Counted from the stretch's first letter, positions 20,605-30,958 are shown. The stretch is DNA of 64,000 nucleotides from Clostridium sp. (GCF_036646415.1 NZ_JAVXMF010000001.1:65671-129670), one strand, 5' to 3'. Notes: generated by a model not told the origin, from the sequence alone. Numbers and translations: made by a program.

Positions 20605-20898
20605 TTAAATAATCATGGTATCATCCAATGGATGATATGTATTATTTTTCCCAATAGTTTCCACTCGATTTTCCCAATTCCTGCCTAGCAAATAAAACCT
20701 TAAGCTATCTTTGTCCAAATCGATTATATTTGAAAGTGATTTTTTTAATGATACAAATTGAGCTGGTTCTAACAGACATTCGAATACGGAATTTTGAACT
20801 CTCTGACCATGATTTACGCATACCTTAGCTACTTTTCTTAATCTTGTACTTCCACCTTCACTTTCAGTATTAACATCGTAGGTTACCAAAACCATCAT
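20605..20898 (-). CDS. cas2: CRISPR-associated endoribonuclease Cas2
   Basis: 97 aa. The start MMVLVTYDV matches Cas2. Confidence 0.9.
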   Translation of the reverse strand: MMVLVTYDVNTESEGGSTRLRKVAKVCVNHGQRVQNSVFECLLEPAQFVSLKKSLSNIIDLDKDSLRFYLLGRNWENRVETIGKNNTYHPLDDTMII

Positions 20899-20911
20899 TT
20901 TATACTCACCC

Positions 20912-21943
20912 CTAACTCATAAAAAATGGTGGATAACTTTCAATATCACCTCTAATATACCTAGCTAACAACATTGCTTGAACATAGGGTAATAATCCAA
21001 TTTCTATCTTTTCATTTATAAATGGATGAGTTATAACTTCCTGCTTTCTTTTCTGCCAGGCTGTTAAAAATATAGACTTGGTGTCTTTGTCCATAATAAT
21101 TCCTCCACTTTCTTTTTTCACAAATCCACTGCCTGTAATTTGCTTCTTATTGATAAGTGAAACAACGAATCTCTCTGCCATATATGGTCTTAACTCCTCC
21201 ATAAGATCTAATGCTAAACTTATTCTTCCTGGTCTATCTGTATGCATAAATCCTACATATGGATCTAATCCTACTGTTTCTAATGCACTCTGAATATCAT
21301 TTGCTAACATCGTATATGCAAAAGAAAGCATTGCATTCAAGTTGTCCATCGGAGGTCTCTTACTTCTCTCTATAAAATGAAAATCTTCCTTTTGAGATAA
21401 AATAAGATTATTAAATGCTGAAAAATAATTTCTTGCCGCTTCTCCCTCTATACCTCTTAACTCTTCATCACAAGTACAACTTTTAGCATTTACTATAGAT
21501 AGACTAAGCCTTTCTATAGTATTTCTAACCTTATTCCCATCAATTTTATCTTCATGATCCCTTAAGGATCTATTAAGTACGGTTCTACAATTAACTAATT
21601 TCCCCAATATACAATTACGAGATATTTTTAAAGATATCTCTTTATCATCAGCATATCTATACTGTGTTCTTCTAAGTAATACATTCCCCTTTACTTCACC
21701 AGTAACTTTAGCCATGAATCTTCCAAATTCATTCACAAATGAAATACTAACATTATTATCAACACATAATTTCATAAGCTTCGGACTAATTCCAACATAA
21801 TTAAAGCAAACTATCCCCTCAAGTATATGAATAGGTCTTCTCATTACTTCTTTATTTTCAACCTTAATAACTATATTTTCTCCATCTCTAGAAATATACG
21901 CTTCAGGGTTAGTTATATAAAGGGTATTTAATAATTTTCTCAA
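20912..21943 (-). CDS. cas1: CRISPR-associated integrase Cas1
   Basis: 343 aa. It sits at the conserved cas operon position, and the downstream Cas2 completes the adaptation module. Confidence 0.9.
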   Translation of the reverse strand: MRKLLNTLYITNPEAYISRDGENIVIKVENKEVMRRPIHILEGIVCFNYVGISPKLMKLCVDNNVSISFVNEFGRFMAKVTGEVKGNVLLRRTQYRYADDKEISLKISRNCILGKLVNCRTVLNRSLRDHEDKIDGNKVRNTIERLSLSIVNAKSCTCDEELRGIEGEAARNYFSAFNNLILSQKEDFHFIERSKRPPMDNLNAMLSFAYTMLANDIQSALETVGLDPYVGFMHTDRPGRISLALDLMEELRPYMAERFVVSLINKKQITGSGFVKKESGGIIMDKDTKSIFLTAWQKRKQEVITHPFINEKIEIGLLPYVQAMLLARYIRGDIESYPPFFMS

Positions 21944-22611
21944 ATATCATCACTTCCTATGTTTGAGTATTTTTCTATATAGTTTAAAACATTAACTTTC
22001 TTATTTGTTATTCTTGGTATACAAATATCTATCAATGAACAGTTCTTGCAATGTTTTCTGCCCTCAGCCCTTGGAGTAATTTTTCTTTTATACGTTTCAT
22101 GCATCTCTTTTGACAGGTTAATTACTTCTGCTCTTAATTCGTCTGTTATTTTAACCTTAACTCGCCTCTTAGTTTCATTATAAAAAAAATCTGCTGAGGA
22201 AATGCTACACTTAAGCATTTCCTCTATACACATTACTTCTAAAACTAATTGAACAATATCTCTCTTATCTTCTTTGGGTTTACCCCTTTTATATTCAACT
22301 ATGTTAGGAATCCATAAACCATCTTTATCTTTTAGCTTTATGCCACTTTTTGATTTGGTAAACTCAATAATATCAGCCACCCCATAGAATCCAAGTTCAT
22401 AAGAAACTAATGGTATTGCTCTACTTATGAATGTATTTTTCCTACTTTCAGTAAAAAATGGATCATCAGCATTTTCATGAATTATTTTACCTTCCATGGT
22501 GGCTCTATTTTCTGCCCACTGCTGTTCTATATGAATTAATGCCCATTGTCTTTTACAAAAATAATAGTGTTGAATTCCTGATAATGATAAAAGTTCTTCT
22601 TCATTATACAT
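21940..22611 (-). CDS. cas4: Cas4, a RecB-like exonuclease with an Fe-S cluster
   Basis: 223 aa. C-terminal Cys cluster CKNCSLIDICIP plus an N-terminal Cys. It sits at the expected position in the I-C operon. Confidence 0.85.
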   Translation of the reverse strand: MYNEEELLSLSGIQHYYFCKRQWALIHIEQQWAENRATMEGKIIHENADDPFFTESRKNTFISRAIPLVSYELGFYGVADIIEFTKSKSGIKLKDKDGLWIPNIVEYKRGKPKEDKRDIVQLVLEVMCIEEMLKCSISSADFFYNETKRRVKVKITDELRAEVINLSKEMHETYKRKITPRAEGRKHCKNCSLIDICIPRITNKKVNVLNYIEKYSNIGSDDI

Positions 22612-22612
22612 A

Positions 22613-23482
22613 TTATAGCTTCTCTATTATTTTAACCCCATCTATTGGGCTATTATCTATAGTTATTTCATAATCTTTTATGCTTCTAGCTGGACTATTA
22701 ACACATTTCACATCAACTTTATCAAATAAAACATGTGAAGGTGCATTTCCAAGAGAAGTGTTGTGTTCAAAAACAATTAGTTTTCTAGTTGCCATTTTTC
22801 CTCTTGCTGCAGAATGGTCATGCTCAAACATATTAATTAATGCATCCCAAAGTAAATTTAAATCATCCTCAGTAAATCCTGTAACCCTCTTTGCAAGTTC
22901 TGCTGATACATATCCTTCTGCTCTATAAAGGCCATATGGTACAATATGCTTTCTTCCCATTTCAGTGGTTTTATCTTCACCCTCTTTAGTTACCGCCATT
23001 CTAGTTATAGTTACTTCCTGTTGAAAAATGGGGTCTATACTTCTAGCAAAATTAATTTGTATTGGTCCACGTACAGTTCCACAATTTACTGCTGTTGACA
23101 TTACTGCACCAAAAGCTCTAATATCGTAAAAATTATCACACATAAATTTAGTGAGACTCTTCTGTGTTTCTTTGTCCTTTGCAACGGCTTTCTTTTCCTC
23201 ATCTGTACTATTTTTTATCTGTAAGCTATCATAAGCCTTTTGATGTTGCAAATTCAAAACAGCTCCATCCTTAACATATATTTCGTAGCCTGATGTTCCT
23301 TCCTTTGCTAAATCTACATAGTTTCTTATTTTACGTTTAATACATACGTCTGTAACTATTCCCCTCCCTGTTTCCGGGTCAATCCTTGGCATATTCCCTG
23401 CATCAGGGTCACCATTTGGATTACCATTCTCTACATCAAATAGTAAAATGAATTCATACCTCTTATCAATTATATTACTCAT
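22613..23482 (-). CDS. cas7: Cas7 backbone subunit of the type I-C Cascade complex (Csd2)
   Basis: 289 aa, at the I-C Csd2 position, with a Gly-rich loop. Confidence 0.85.
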   Translation of the reverse strand: MSNIIDKRYEFILLFDVENGNPNGDPDAGNMPRIDPETGRGIVTDVCIKRKIRNYVDLAKEGTSGYEIYVKDGAVLNLQHQKAYDSLQIKNSTDEEKKAVAKDKETQKSLTKFMCDNFYDIRAFGAVMSTAVNCGTVRGPIQINFARSIDPIFQQEVTITRMAVTKEGEDKTTEMGRKHIVPYGLYRAEGYVSAELAKRVTGFTEDDLNLLWDALINMFEHDHSAARGKMATRKLIVFEHNTSLGNAPSHVLFDKVDVKCVNSPARSIKDYEITIDNSPIDGVKIIEKL

Positions 23483-23483
23483 A

Positions 23484-25196
23484 TTATTTCCCTCCTTGTG
23501 GTTTATAAAAATCTTGATTTTGATGATAATATCCTAAAATAAATTCCCCTTGTTCTTCTAAAGATAGGTGTTTAGGAAAACTATCAATCTTATCTATTAT
23601 TTTATTTTTTCTAATTTCTAGGTTCGTTCCATACTCCGCTTTTTTAGTATGATGAAATGATAATTTTATTAGTATTGGAAACACTGATGCTGGAGTAGCC
23701 GATGCACTTGTAAAGTAGCTGTCTTTAATCGTTGTATTTAGATTAGGTATAGCTTCCTTCTGTGCTTTTTCTAGAACTGCAAATAACCTTCCTAATTGAT
23801 ATGGAATACTTTTACTCTCTTCGTTTAAACTCACTGTCATTTCCTCCTTCTCTTTGTATAATCTATATCTTCTATTTAGACATGCCTTAATTATAGCTGC
23901 TCGTTTATAGTTAATATCCTTATCTGCTCTTATCCTAGAAATCATTGCATTGTATAAAGAGCTTGGATAAATAACTCCTCTAAAAATTGAATTCATTAAG
24001 CTTTTACTAAGTACTGGCGATACCTTTTTATCCTTAGAAGTCTTTGGTATTGTTTCACTTAAAATCATCCATATAGGAATTGATTTATCATTTCCTATAA
24101 TATTTAAATCCTTATAGTGCTGAGCTATTTTCGTAGTGAAATAATCAAAGGTATTTACTTCATAAAAGGCTATGGATAATCTACTCTCATTAGATGCTAG
24201 TCCTAATATATGAACCTTGGTATCTATATCTATACCATACTTCTCTTGATTTAGCTTTAATCCCATAGAGTACTTCATGAGTATATCTTTAGTTAACTCC
24301 CTAGTTTCCTTATCTGTTGTTATACTTTCATTTTCTTCTTGTTCATAAGTTGGATTTATTAATTCTAATAATAAATCTTCATATATTCCTTTCTTTTCAG
24401 CCCAAAATACAACCGTATTATCCCCTATAATTATCCTATTTTTTTCACTTCTTATTAAATAGTTTAGTACTGTTGTATATTTAAACATAGCACTCTTACT
24501 AATTGGTGCATTGTAACTGTCTTTCTTCCCATAGGACTTAAAACAATCATCTTTAAAAGATACTATTTTAGCTCCTGCTGTATGTGCATTTTTAACTCCT
24601 TTTATAGCTGTATGAATTCTTGCTACAGGTTCAACTTTTCCAGTTATTAGGCACTGCATTATCTCATCATCTTTACTTACTAATCCACGTTTCCAGTTTT
24701 CTAAATTTTCGTTCTTCTCGTGGTAATATCCTGTTTCACCTTCTAGCTTAAAAACTATATTACAGCTAGGTGTTAAATCTTTGATATACTGATTAATAAT
24801 ATTGTTACTTTCATACTCCTCTGGAATCCACGAATTTATAAACTTACAAATAGGACTTTCTTTATCTAGACATCTATTATGCATTTCTTTAAAACTATTA
24901 AAACAAGGATTACCGTCCTTATCTCCTATTCCTAAAACATACTTTGCATTATCACAAAGGAAATATGATGGTGCATTTTTTCCACTACGCCCTAGTTGTT
25001 CAGGAACTACCATTAAACTTGAAACAACCTTTTTTCCACTTTGCTCCCTTAAATCTATAATCCCACTTAACTTACCTTCCTTTGATATAACTAATGCAAA
25101 AGATATCTTCTGCATAGATGTGTTTTCTTTTGGTAAATCCTTAACCCCTTCGCTATCTAGAATATTGTAATAATCATATAAGTCTTGAAGTATCAT
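23484..25196 (-). CDS. cas8c: Cas8c large subunit of the type I-C Cascade complex (Csd1)
   Basis: 570 aa, at the I-C Csd1 position between cas5c and cas7. Confidence 0.85.
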   Translation of the reverse strand: MILQDLYDYYNILDSEGVKDLPKENTSMQKISFALVISKEGKLSGIIDLREQSGKKVVSSLMVVPEQLGRSGKNAPSYFLCDNAKYVLGIGDKDGNPCFNSFKEMHNRCLDKESPICKFINSWIPEEYESNNIINQYIKDLTPSCNIVFKLEGETGYYHEKNENLENWKRGLVSKDDEIMQCLITGKVEPVARIHTAIKGVKNAHTAGAKIVSFKDDCFKSYGKKDSYNAPISKSAMFKYTTVLNYLIRSEKNRIIIGDNTVVFWAEKKGIYEDLLLELINPTYEQEENESITTDKETRELTKDILMKYSMGLKLNQEKYGIDIDTKVHILGLASNESRLSIAFYEVNTFDYFTTKIAQHYKDLNIIGNDKSIPIWMILSETIPKTSKDKKVSPVLSKSLMNSIFRGVIYPSSLYNAMISRIRADKDINYKRAAIIKACLNRRYRLYKEKEEMTVSLNEESKSIPYQLGRLFAVLEKAQKEAIPNLNTTIKDSYFTSASATPASVFPILIKLSFHHTKKAEYGTNLEIRKNKIIDKIDSFPKHLSLEEQGEFILGYYHQNQDFYKPQGGK

Positions 25197-25870
25197 CGCT
25201 TATCACCTTCTAACAAATCTGGAATCTCCAAAACTCCATCCTTCATTATTGGTCTATAGAACATAGGGCTCTCTTGATTATTAAAATCTATATCCCATAG
25301 CATAAATCCTAAATCTCTCTCACTATTTTTATAGAAACTTTCTACCTCTTCTTCTGTTGAAAGTTCAAATCTTACCGGAAACTCTCTGCATCCAAAATAT
25401 GGTCTGTGAAAGCATTGACCTTTTTTACATCTTCTTAATGCTATATTATAATGTTTTTCTACTGTATCCGTTTCTCCCACATTCTCAGTCAATTCAAAAT
25501 GTGCATCAATAATATAACAAACATCCTTTAATACTAATGATGATCTCTGAACTATATCATTTGTACTCTGTGAAAGTTCTACTTTTGTACTTCCTTTGTA
25601 TGCACTCTTCACTGAACTAATAGATATTTTCCCAAGTAATTCATTTCTTCTTATATTTTCAAATTTTATTGGATTTATTACCGTAATTTTATCTACTACC
25701 CATCTGATTGCAGGCTTCCAGTATATCGCCTCTAAAATCCCCCTAGCTGCTGATGGAGTTATTACATCATAACTTACTCTTTCAACCTTCATTTCTGGTC
25801 TACTGAAACAAGCATAATCTCCCCACACCTTAAGTCTAATACCATATCCCATATAACTCCTCCTTAACAA
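25193..25870 (-). CDS. cas5c: Cas5c (Cas5d), the type I-C pre-crRNA processing subunit
   Basis: 225 aa. The N-terminus GIRLKVWGDYACFSRPEMKVERVSYDVITPSAARGILEAIYWKP matches Cas5d. Confidence 0.88.
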   Translation of the reverse strand: MLRRSYMGYGIRLKVWGDYACFSRPEMKVERVSYDVITPSAARGILEAIYWKPAIRWVVDKITVINPIKFENIRRNELLGKISISSVKSAYKGSTKVELSQSTNDIVQRSSLVLKDVCYIIDAHFELTENVGETDTVEKHYNIALRRCKKGQCFHRPYFGCREFPVRFELSTEEEVESFYKNSERDLGFMLWDIDFNNQESPMFYRPIMKDGVLEIPDLLEGDKR

Positions 25871-28023
25871 ATTAGTACTTCTTGTCTGCCTAATACTAAT
25901 CCTGTATTTTCATCATAAAAACCTTCTTTAGTTGATAATACATAGAATATATCATGTATTATAATAACACCTCCTTCCTCTTGTAATTTTTTCAATTGGT
26001 TACTGTGAATACTAATAGTATACTTTTGTAACTTTCTCATGAATGAATTTGGAAATTCTGAGTATCTAAGACCTTCAATTAACTTACAAGCTTCATCATT
26101 ATATGGAATTATTAATGTTTCCCCTTCTTCTATGAGCTTATACTCCCTTGCCGTAGTTGCGAATGCAAACTCAAGATTTGATGCTTTCTCTTCAAAGTTA
26201 TCCATTATATTTTTACTATCTAGTTTATCTCGTTCCATATCATATAAGAGGTCAAAATACTTTGATATTGCATCTAAGGATAAGGGATCTTCATATCTTT
26301 CAAGTACTTGTCTACCAAAATCCGCTGTTCTGCTTTGATACATCACAGGTTTTCCATACGTTTCTGTAGATTTAAATACATATACTTTCCCAATGTCTAG
26401 TTCACCTTCTCTGTTACATCTTCCTGCAGATTGGGCTATAGAATCGATTCCTGTTAATGACCTATATACAACTGGAAAGCTTATGTCTACACCACATTCT
26501 ATTAACTGTGTAGAAATCACCTTGCATTTTTCACCTAATTTCAGTCTATCTTTTATTCTACTTAAAATAATATTTCTGTGTTCTGGACACATTTTTGCAC
26601 TCAAGTGAAATAAACTATCCTTTTCTGATTTATCTAACCTATCGTAAATATTTTGCGCATGATTTCTCGTATTTACTATGATTAACACTTTATCTAATTC
26701 TTCAATCATAGTTGCTAACCCTTCATCACTTAATTCATTAATATATTCAACTTTAGTACGTTTTAATGCATTATATAACTCATCTGGATTTTTAATTATT
26801 TCAACCCCTGTACCCTCTAAAATTGCGCTTGGAAACTTAGGTTTAGTAGCAGTTGTCAATACAACACTCGTATTATAATTGTTTACTAATTCCTTAAGTG
26901 CAGCTATAGTTGGTGTAAGAAATTTAGTCGGCATCATCTGTGCTTCATCAATTATAACAACACTATTAGTAATATTATGAAGCTTTCTGCACATTGAACT
27001 TCTATTAGCAAACAATGATTCAAAGAACTGAACATTAGTTGTAACTATTATAGGTACATCCCAATTCTCTGAAGCATACTTAAGTTTTTCTATATCTTTC
27101 ATATTTTCAGTATCTGTTACTTCACTAAAATCAAAATTACTATGGTGTTCTAAAACCGAATCTTGTCCCCAAATACCTTTATACACATTTGCATTTTGCT
27201 CAATGATACTTGTATATGGTATTACACATATAATTCGCTCTAGATAATTAAATTTTAAATGATTTAAAGCAAATGCCATAGAAGATAAAGTTTTTCCTCC
27301 ACCTGTTGGTACTGTAAGTGTAAATAAGTTCGTTCTTTGGAAAGCAGCATCAATACAATTATCATATATTTGCTTTCTGTAGATATTTATCGAACTTTTC
27401 TTAGATTCCACATTCTTTTTCTTCATATAATCATTAAAATATGTTTCTAACTCCCCAAATTTTTTATAATTGCCTCTTTGTATTTTACGTTCACAATCAT
27501 TAAACTCTTCAGTATCTAAAAAATCTGCATCAACTAAAGATGAATATATCATTCTAATATAAAAACCTATAGTAAACCCTCTGTTCCTACTTGTATTTTG
27601 GGGAATTTCATTTATTAATATATTGCTACTTATCTTTGCTTTTTCTGTAATGTCATCAGCATAATATTTAGGTATATCTTTATTCAATCTCTGTAATAAT
27701 CCACTTTCCATTGTCCCAAAGTCGGGTAACCCTGAATGATGTCCACAAATTATATATCCTAATATTCTCTCATACAATCTCCCAAAGATTTTGGAAGCTT
27801 CTTTTGCTCCTGCAGTGGCATGATCAATTTTAGGTCCATTTTGAAGTAATCTACATTGAAATTCCGAACTACATTTACCTACATCATGTAACTGTCCGCA
27901 TACTCTCCCCGTCTCTTTGGCTCCAAACTTATTTGAAAATTCACCTGTAATCCTTGCAACATTTTCCACATGTTCTTGTACTGTTTGTTTATCCCCTTTT
28001 TCATTTACATGTGCATAATACAT
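25864..28023 (-). CDS. cas3: Cas3 HD nuclease/helicase
   Basis: 719 aa. An N-terminal HD domain (HDVGK, H...D) is followed by SF2 helicase motifs (TVPTGGGKT, DEAQ). Confidence 0.9.
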   Translation of the reverse strand: MYYAHVNEKGDKQTVQEHVENVARITGEFSNKFGAKETGRVCGQLHDVGKCSSEFQCRLLQNGPKIDHATAGAKEASKIFGRLYERILGYIICGHHSGLPDFGTMESGLLQRLNKDIPKYYADDITEKAKISSNILINEIPQNTSRNRGFTIGFYIRMIYSSLVDADFLDTEEFNDCERKIQRGNYKKFGELETYFNDYMKKKNVESKKSSINIYRKQIYDNCIDAAFQRTNLFTLTVPTGGGKTLSSMAFALNHLKFNYLERIICVIPYTSIIEQNANVYKGIWGQDSVLEHHSNFDFSEVTDTENMKDIEKLKYASENWDVPIIVTTNVQFFESLFANRSSMCRKLHNITNSVVIIDEAQMMPTKFLTPTIAALKELVNNYNTSVVLTTATKPKFPSAILEGTGVEIIKNPDELYNALKRTKVEYINELSDEGLATMIEELDKVLIIVNTRNHAQNIYDRLDKSEKDSLFHLSAKMCPEHRNIILSRIKDRLKLGEKCKVISTQLIECGVDISFPVVYRSLTGIDSIAQSAGRCNREGELDIGKVYVFKSTETYGKPVMYQSRTADFGRQVLERYEDPLSLDAISKYFDLLYDMERDKLDSKNIMDNFEEKASNLEFAFATTAREYKLIEEGETLIIPYNDEACKLIEGLRYSEFPNSFMRKLQKYTISIHSNQLKKLQEEGGVIIIHDIFYVLSTKEGFYDENTGLVLGRQEVLIC

Positions 28024-28745
28024 TTTTTCACCACACTCTCCCCACTAATATATTAGACATTCTTTCCAATTACCCTTCATAGATAATTATTAACTTTACT
28101 TTAACGTTCCTTCAGTATCACAGGAGAGATATCAAATTCTGAAACCAGGCTTGCAAAATAAGCACTTTGGAGACCCAGTTAATTTCCAAGCACAAGGCTT
28201 CTCCCAGAGCAAATGCTTCCCATTTGCACTCACTAGAATTCACGACTCTCCTGAGCAAGTGCTTGCCCTGGCAATCACTCCTTCCCCTAGGGACAATGTC
28301 ATCAACTTAGTGAGAATCATAGCTTTAATATACGCGTTTAGCTAAAGTCATGATTCCATTTTGTTAAAAAAATGGTTGTTTAAAATTAAACTTTTGCTAA
28401 AAACTTCGTAACTTCCCCAACCCAATAAAAATATAATAACAACTTCAAACATACCTCCTTCAGCAACACCCGTGAGGTCCATTTATTTTTCAGCAATTAC
28501 TTACCATAAAATAAAAACTCCCCATTGATTTTTATTTTCAACAAGGATTTATACAACTTTCTTCTCTAAATATCAAGTTCTATTATCATAATAGAACGGT
28601 ATGAAATTTTCTTTAATCTTGGTTCATGAATATAATAGCAGTCCTTTATTAGATGTATATACTTTCCTTGAGCAAAAGCATGGTCTATTCTAAACTCAGT
28701 GTTCGTGTTGCTAAACCAAGTATATTTTCTTTCACCATTTCCATC

Positions 28746-29696
28746 TCACATATCCTCCCTTAAAACCATATTACGTAATTTTTCCTCTAACTCTGCTTTA
28801 TCTCCCCCACTAGATATGACAACATTTCCACGTTTAAGTCCATCACACCCTACTTCTTTCCCTTGATTTAGATAGGTTTCAAACTTACTACCAAAAAGTG
28901 TTGTTGGTGCTAAATATTCCTGAAACTTAGTGCCAGTCCACCTTATCCTCATGTTGTCTATAACAGTTTTAAAATCATCCACTGTAAACCCCTCTTGAAA
29001 CCTTGCTTTAATTAGCCTAAGTGTTACCTTAGTGTCACCTCTGAATTTCTTTCCTGTTTGCAAATTCAAATACTCTATTATCTCAAAAGCCGTTTTCTTT
29101 AGAAAAACAAGGTTATTAATATTTTTAGTAGAGGGATCTTTAATAGAGGGATTATTTGTTATGGGTTTGCACTGATAACCCTTTAGATTTTCATCCATAC
29201 CCTGAAGGTTTTTATCCATACTATAAGAGTTTTTATCTGCACACTGAAGATTTTCATCTACACTATAGGAGTTTTCATCTACACTCTTTAGATTATTCTC
29301 TTCCTCTAAATTATCGCAATCAACAGATTCTTTTAATCTACCACTGTTTTCATCCTCTATATTTACACCACTAGTTATCAGCTCTGTATATTTTTCACCT
29401 ATGCCAAAATAGGAATACGTCCCACCTTCTCTGATAACTTGATGGGTAAGAACTCCTGCATCTCTTAATTTGAAAAATCTAGATTGAACAGTGCATTTTT
29501 TCATTTTAAGTATAGGTAACTCCTTCAAAATTCCATCATATCGAATCCAATAGTACGCTTGTCCGTCTACAATCTGAACCTTCATCCCCTTAGCTTCTTT
29601 GAAGTCAATAAAATATCTAAGTATAGTGGCATCCAAAGTATCAAGACCTAACTGAATTAGCTTTTCTTGTCTAAAACCCATAATTGTATATTTCAT
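28746..29696 (-). CDS. Phage replisome-organizer-like protein. It has an N-terminal Phage_rep_org_N-like domain, internal 11-aa tandem repeats, and a C-terminal 'conserved phage C-terminus' domain.
   Basis: The C-terminus ...FEIIEYLNLQTGKKFRGDTKVTLRLIKARFQEGFTVDDFKTVIDNMRIRWTGTKFQEYLAPTTLFGSKFETYLNQ fits the phage-conserved C-terminal domain. Tandem DNA repeats lie at 29180-29300. Confidence 0.6.
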   Translation of the reverse strand: MKYTIMGFRQEKLIQLGLDTLDATILRYFIDFKEAKGMKVQIVDGQAYYWIRYDGILKELPILKMKKCTVQSRFFKLRDAGVLTHQVIREGGTYSYFGIGEKYTELITSGVNIEDENSGRLKESVDCDNLEEENNLKSVDENSYSVDENLQCADKNSYSMDKNLQGMDENLKGYQCKPITNNPSIKDPSTKNINNLVFLKKTAFEIIEYLNLQTGKKFRGDTKVTLRLIKARFQEGFTVDDFKTVIDNMRIRWTGTKFQEYLAPTTLFGSKFETYLNQGKEVGCDGLKRGNVVISSGGDKAELEEKLRNMVLREDM

Positions 29697-30339
29697 AATT
29701 TTCTCTCCTTCTATTTAAAATTAAATATGTTTTAGATGATTGTTGAAATTGGACTTCAATATTATCTGAGCGTAACACCATTTGCAGGGTTCTTTAATTT
29801 ACTTAGGATATGGGAAGGACTAAATCGTTAAAAAATACAACGTGTTTGAGCGAATGCGAGTTGTTGTATTTTAGATTTTGGCATTACCAGAGCCTTTAGT
29901 AAATAAAGGTTCCGAAACGGTTTAGCGAAGATAATATGAAGTCCTTATCAACGCTGATTTAAAACATACATTTAAAATTTAATATTTTAGCCCTTCAAAA
30001 TCATCCCAATAATATATATGTAATTATGAAATTTTTTTATAGGTATTTTCTAATTAATTTTAAAATTTTTAATTTTATCTTAGAATAAAAATAAGGCTAC
30101 ACTTTAAATCCTAGTTCACCTTCTTATGAACATAAATTTAAAACATAACCTAATAAATCTTTTTCAAATTTTTAATTAAAATTTCCGCTAAAATTCACAT
30201 TTTCTCTAAGCGGCTCAAACCCAGTAACGCCTAAGCTTTGAACCCTCTAAGAACATAAAAACATAAAAACATAAAAACATTGAAATGCAGTAATTTTTAT
30301 TAATATTTTTACTGTAAGTGCTTACGCTCTAGTAACTTA

Positions 30340-30395
30340 TTATGAAATAAAAAAATCCCCATTGAATTTTTACTTTCAATGAGGATTTATACCAA
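30340..30395 (-). terminator. Rho-independent terminator, near-identical to a second copy at 28505-28552
   Basis: Hairpin AAATCCTCATTGA-loop-TCAATGGGGATTT followed by a T-run on the minus strand. The homologous copy lies directly downstream of the replisome-organizer gene. Confidence 0.5.
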
Positions 30396-30496
30396 AGTTT
30401 ATTTTATTATAATTTTATATATTAGTCTTTTTAGTTTTATATATCTAATTCTTTTACAGTATTTCTAAATTAATTACTTTACACTATTTAGAATCT

Positions 30497-30665
30497 AAAA
30501 ATATTTCTTTAAATCCTCTATAGATTCCATATCAAAAATTTCCGTACCTATAACCTCAATGGCTTCACTGGACAATTCTTCAATCTTTTCCCTATATTCC
30601 TTTGGTAAAACTTTAAACTTTTTAATTAGCTGTTTTATAAGTAAGTCTGATTTTCCTTTGCCAGC
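30497..30665 (-). pseudogene. C-terminal fragment of an Rpn/YhgA-like PD-(D/E)XK recombination-promoting nuclease or putative transposase (DUF4351-like tail)
   Basis: The minus-strand translation is ...GKGKSDLLIKQLIKKFKVLPKEYREKIEELSSEAIEVIGTEIFDMESIEDLKKYF*. No upstream reading frame exists for the rest of the protein. Confidence 0.4.
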
Positions 30666-30759
30666 TCCTTTTCTTAGTGTCCATTTTAAGGGTTACCCTT
30701 TTCTTAACATGTCCACATTATAGGGTACATTTTACATTTCAAGGCCATCCCAACCTACG

Positions 30760-30845
30760 TCTTTCCCCTTTGCAAATTCAAATACTCTATTATTCCAAAT
30801 CCAATAGTGTAGTTGTCCATCTACAATCTTAACCTTCATCATATT
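30760..30845 (-). pseudogene. Fused 5' and 3' fragments of a replisome-organizer gene copy with the interior deleted
   Basis: 30765-30800 is near-identical to 29040-29090 (ctttcc..tttgcaaattcaaatactctatta). 30795-30840 is near-identical to 29540-29590 (tccaatagt..gtccatctacaatct.aaccttcatc). Confidence 0.45.
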
Positions 30846-30958
30846 TGCTCATATTGTTCTAACCCACAACTTTTCATAATATACATAATGGATAATGACT
30901 AATATACAATCAAGCCAATTGTTCTATACTCATCAATTAAATTAATGGAGGTTAGAAT

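Noticed and set aside
28151-28345. ORF 28151..28345 (+) as a protein-coding gene
   Set aside because: It has no ribosome-binding site and no recognisable protein. It coincides with an anomalous GC-rich hairpin-rich segment that is better explained as structured RNA or a foreign fragment, and is reported as a finding instead.
28024-30958. A tRNA gene as the integration target for the decayed element upstream of cas3
   Set aside because: No GTTCGAATCC/T-loop-like sequence or cloverleaf-compatible segment was visible in the region by eye. This cannot be excluded without tRNAscan.
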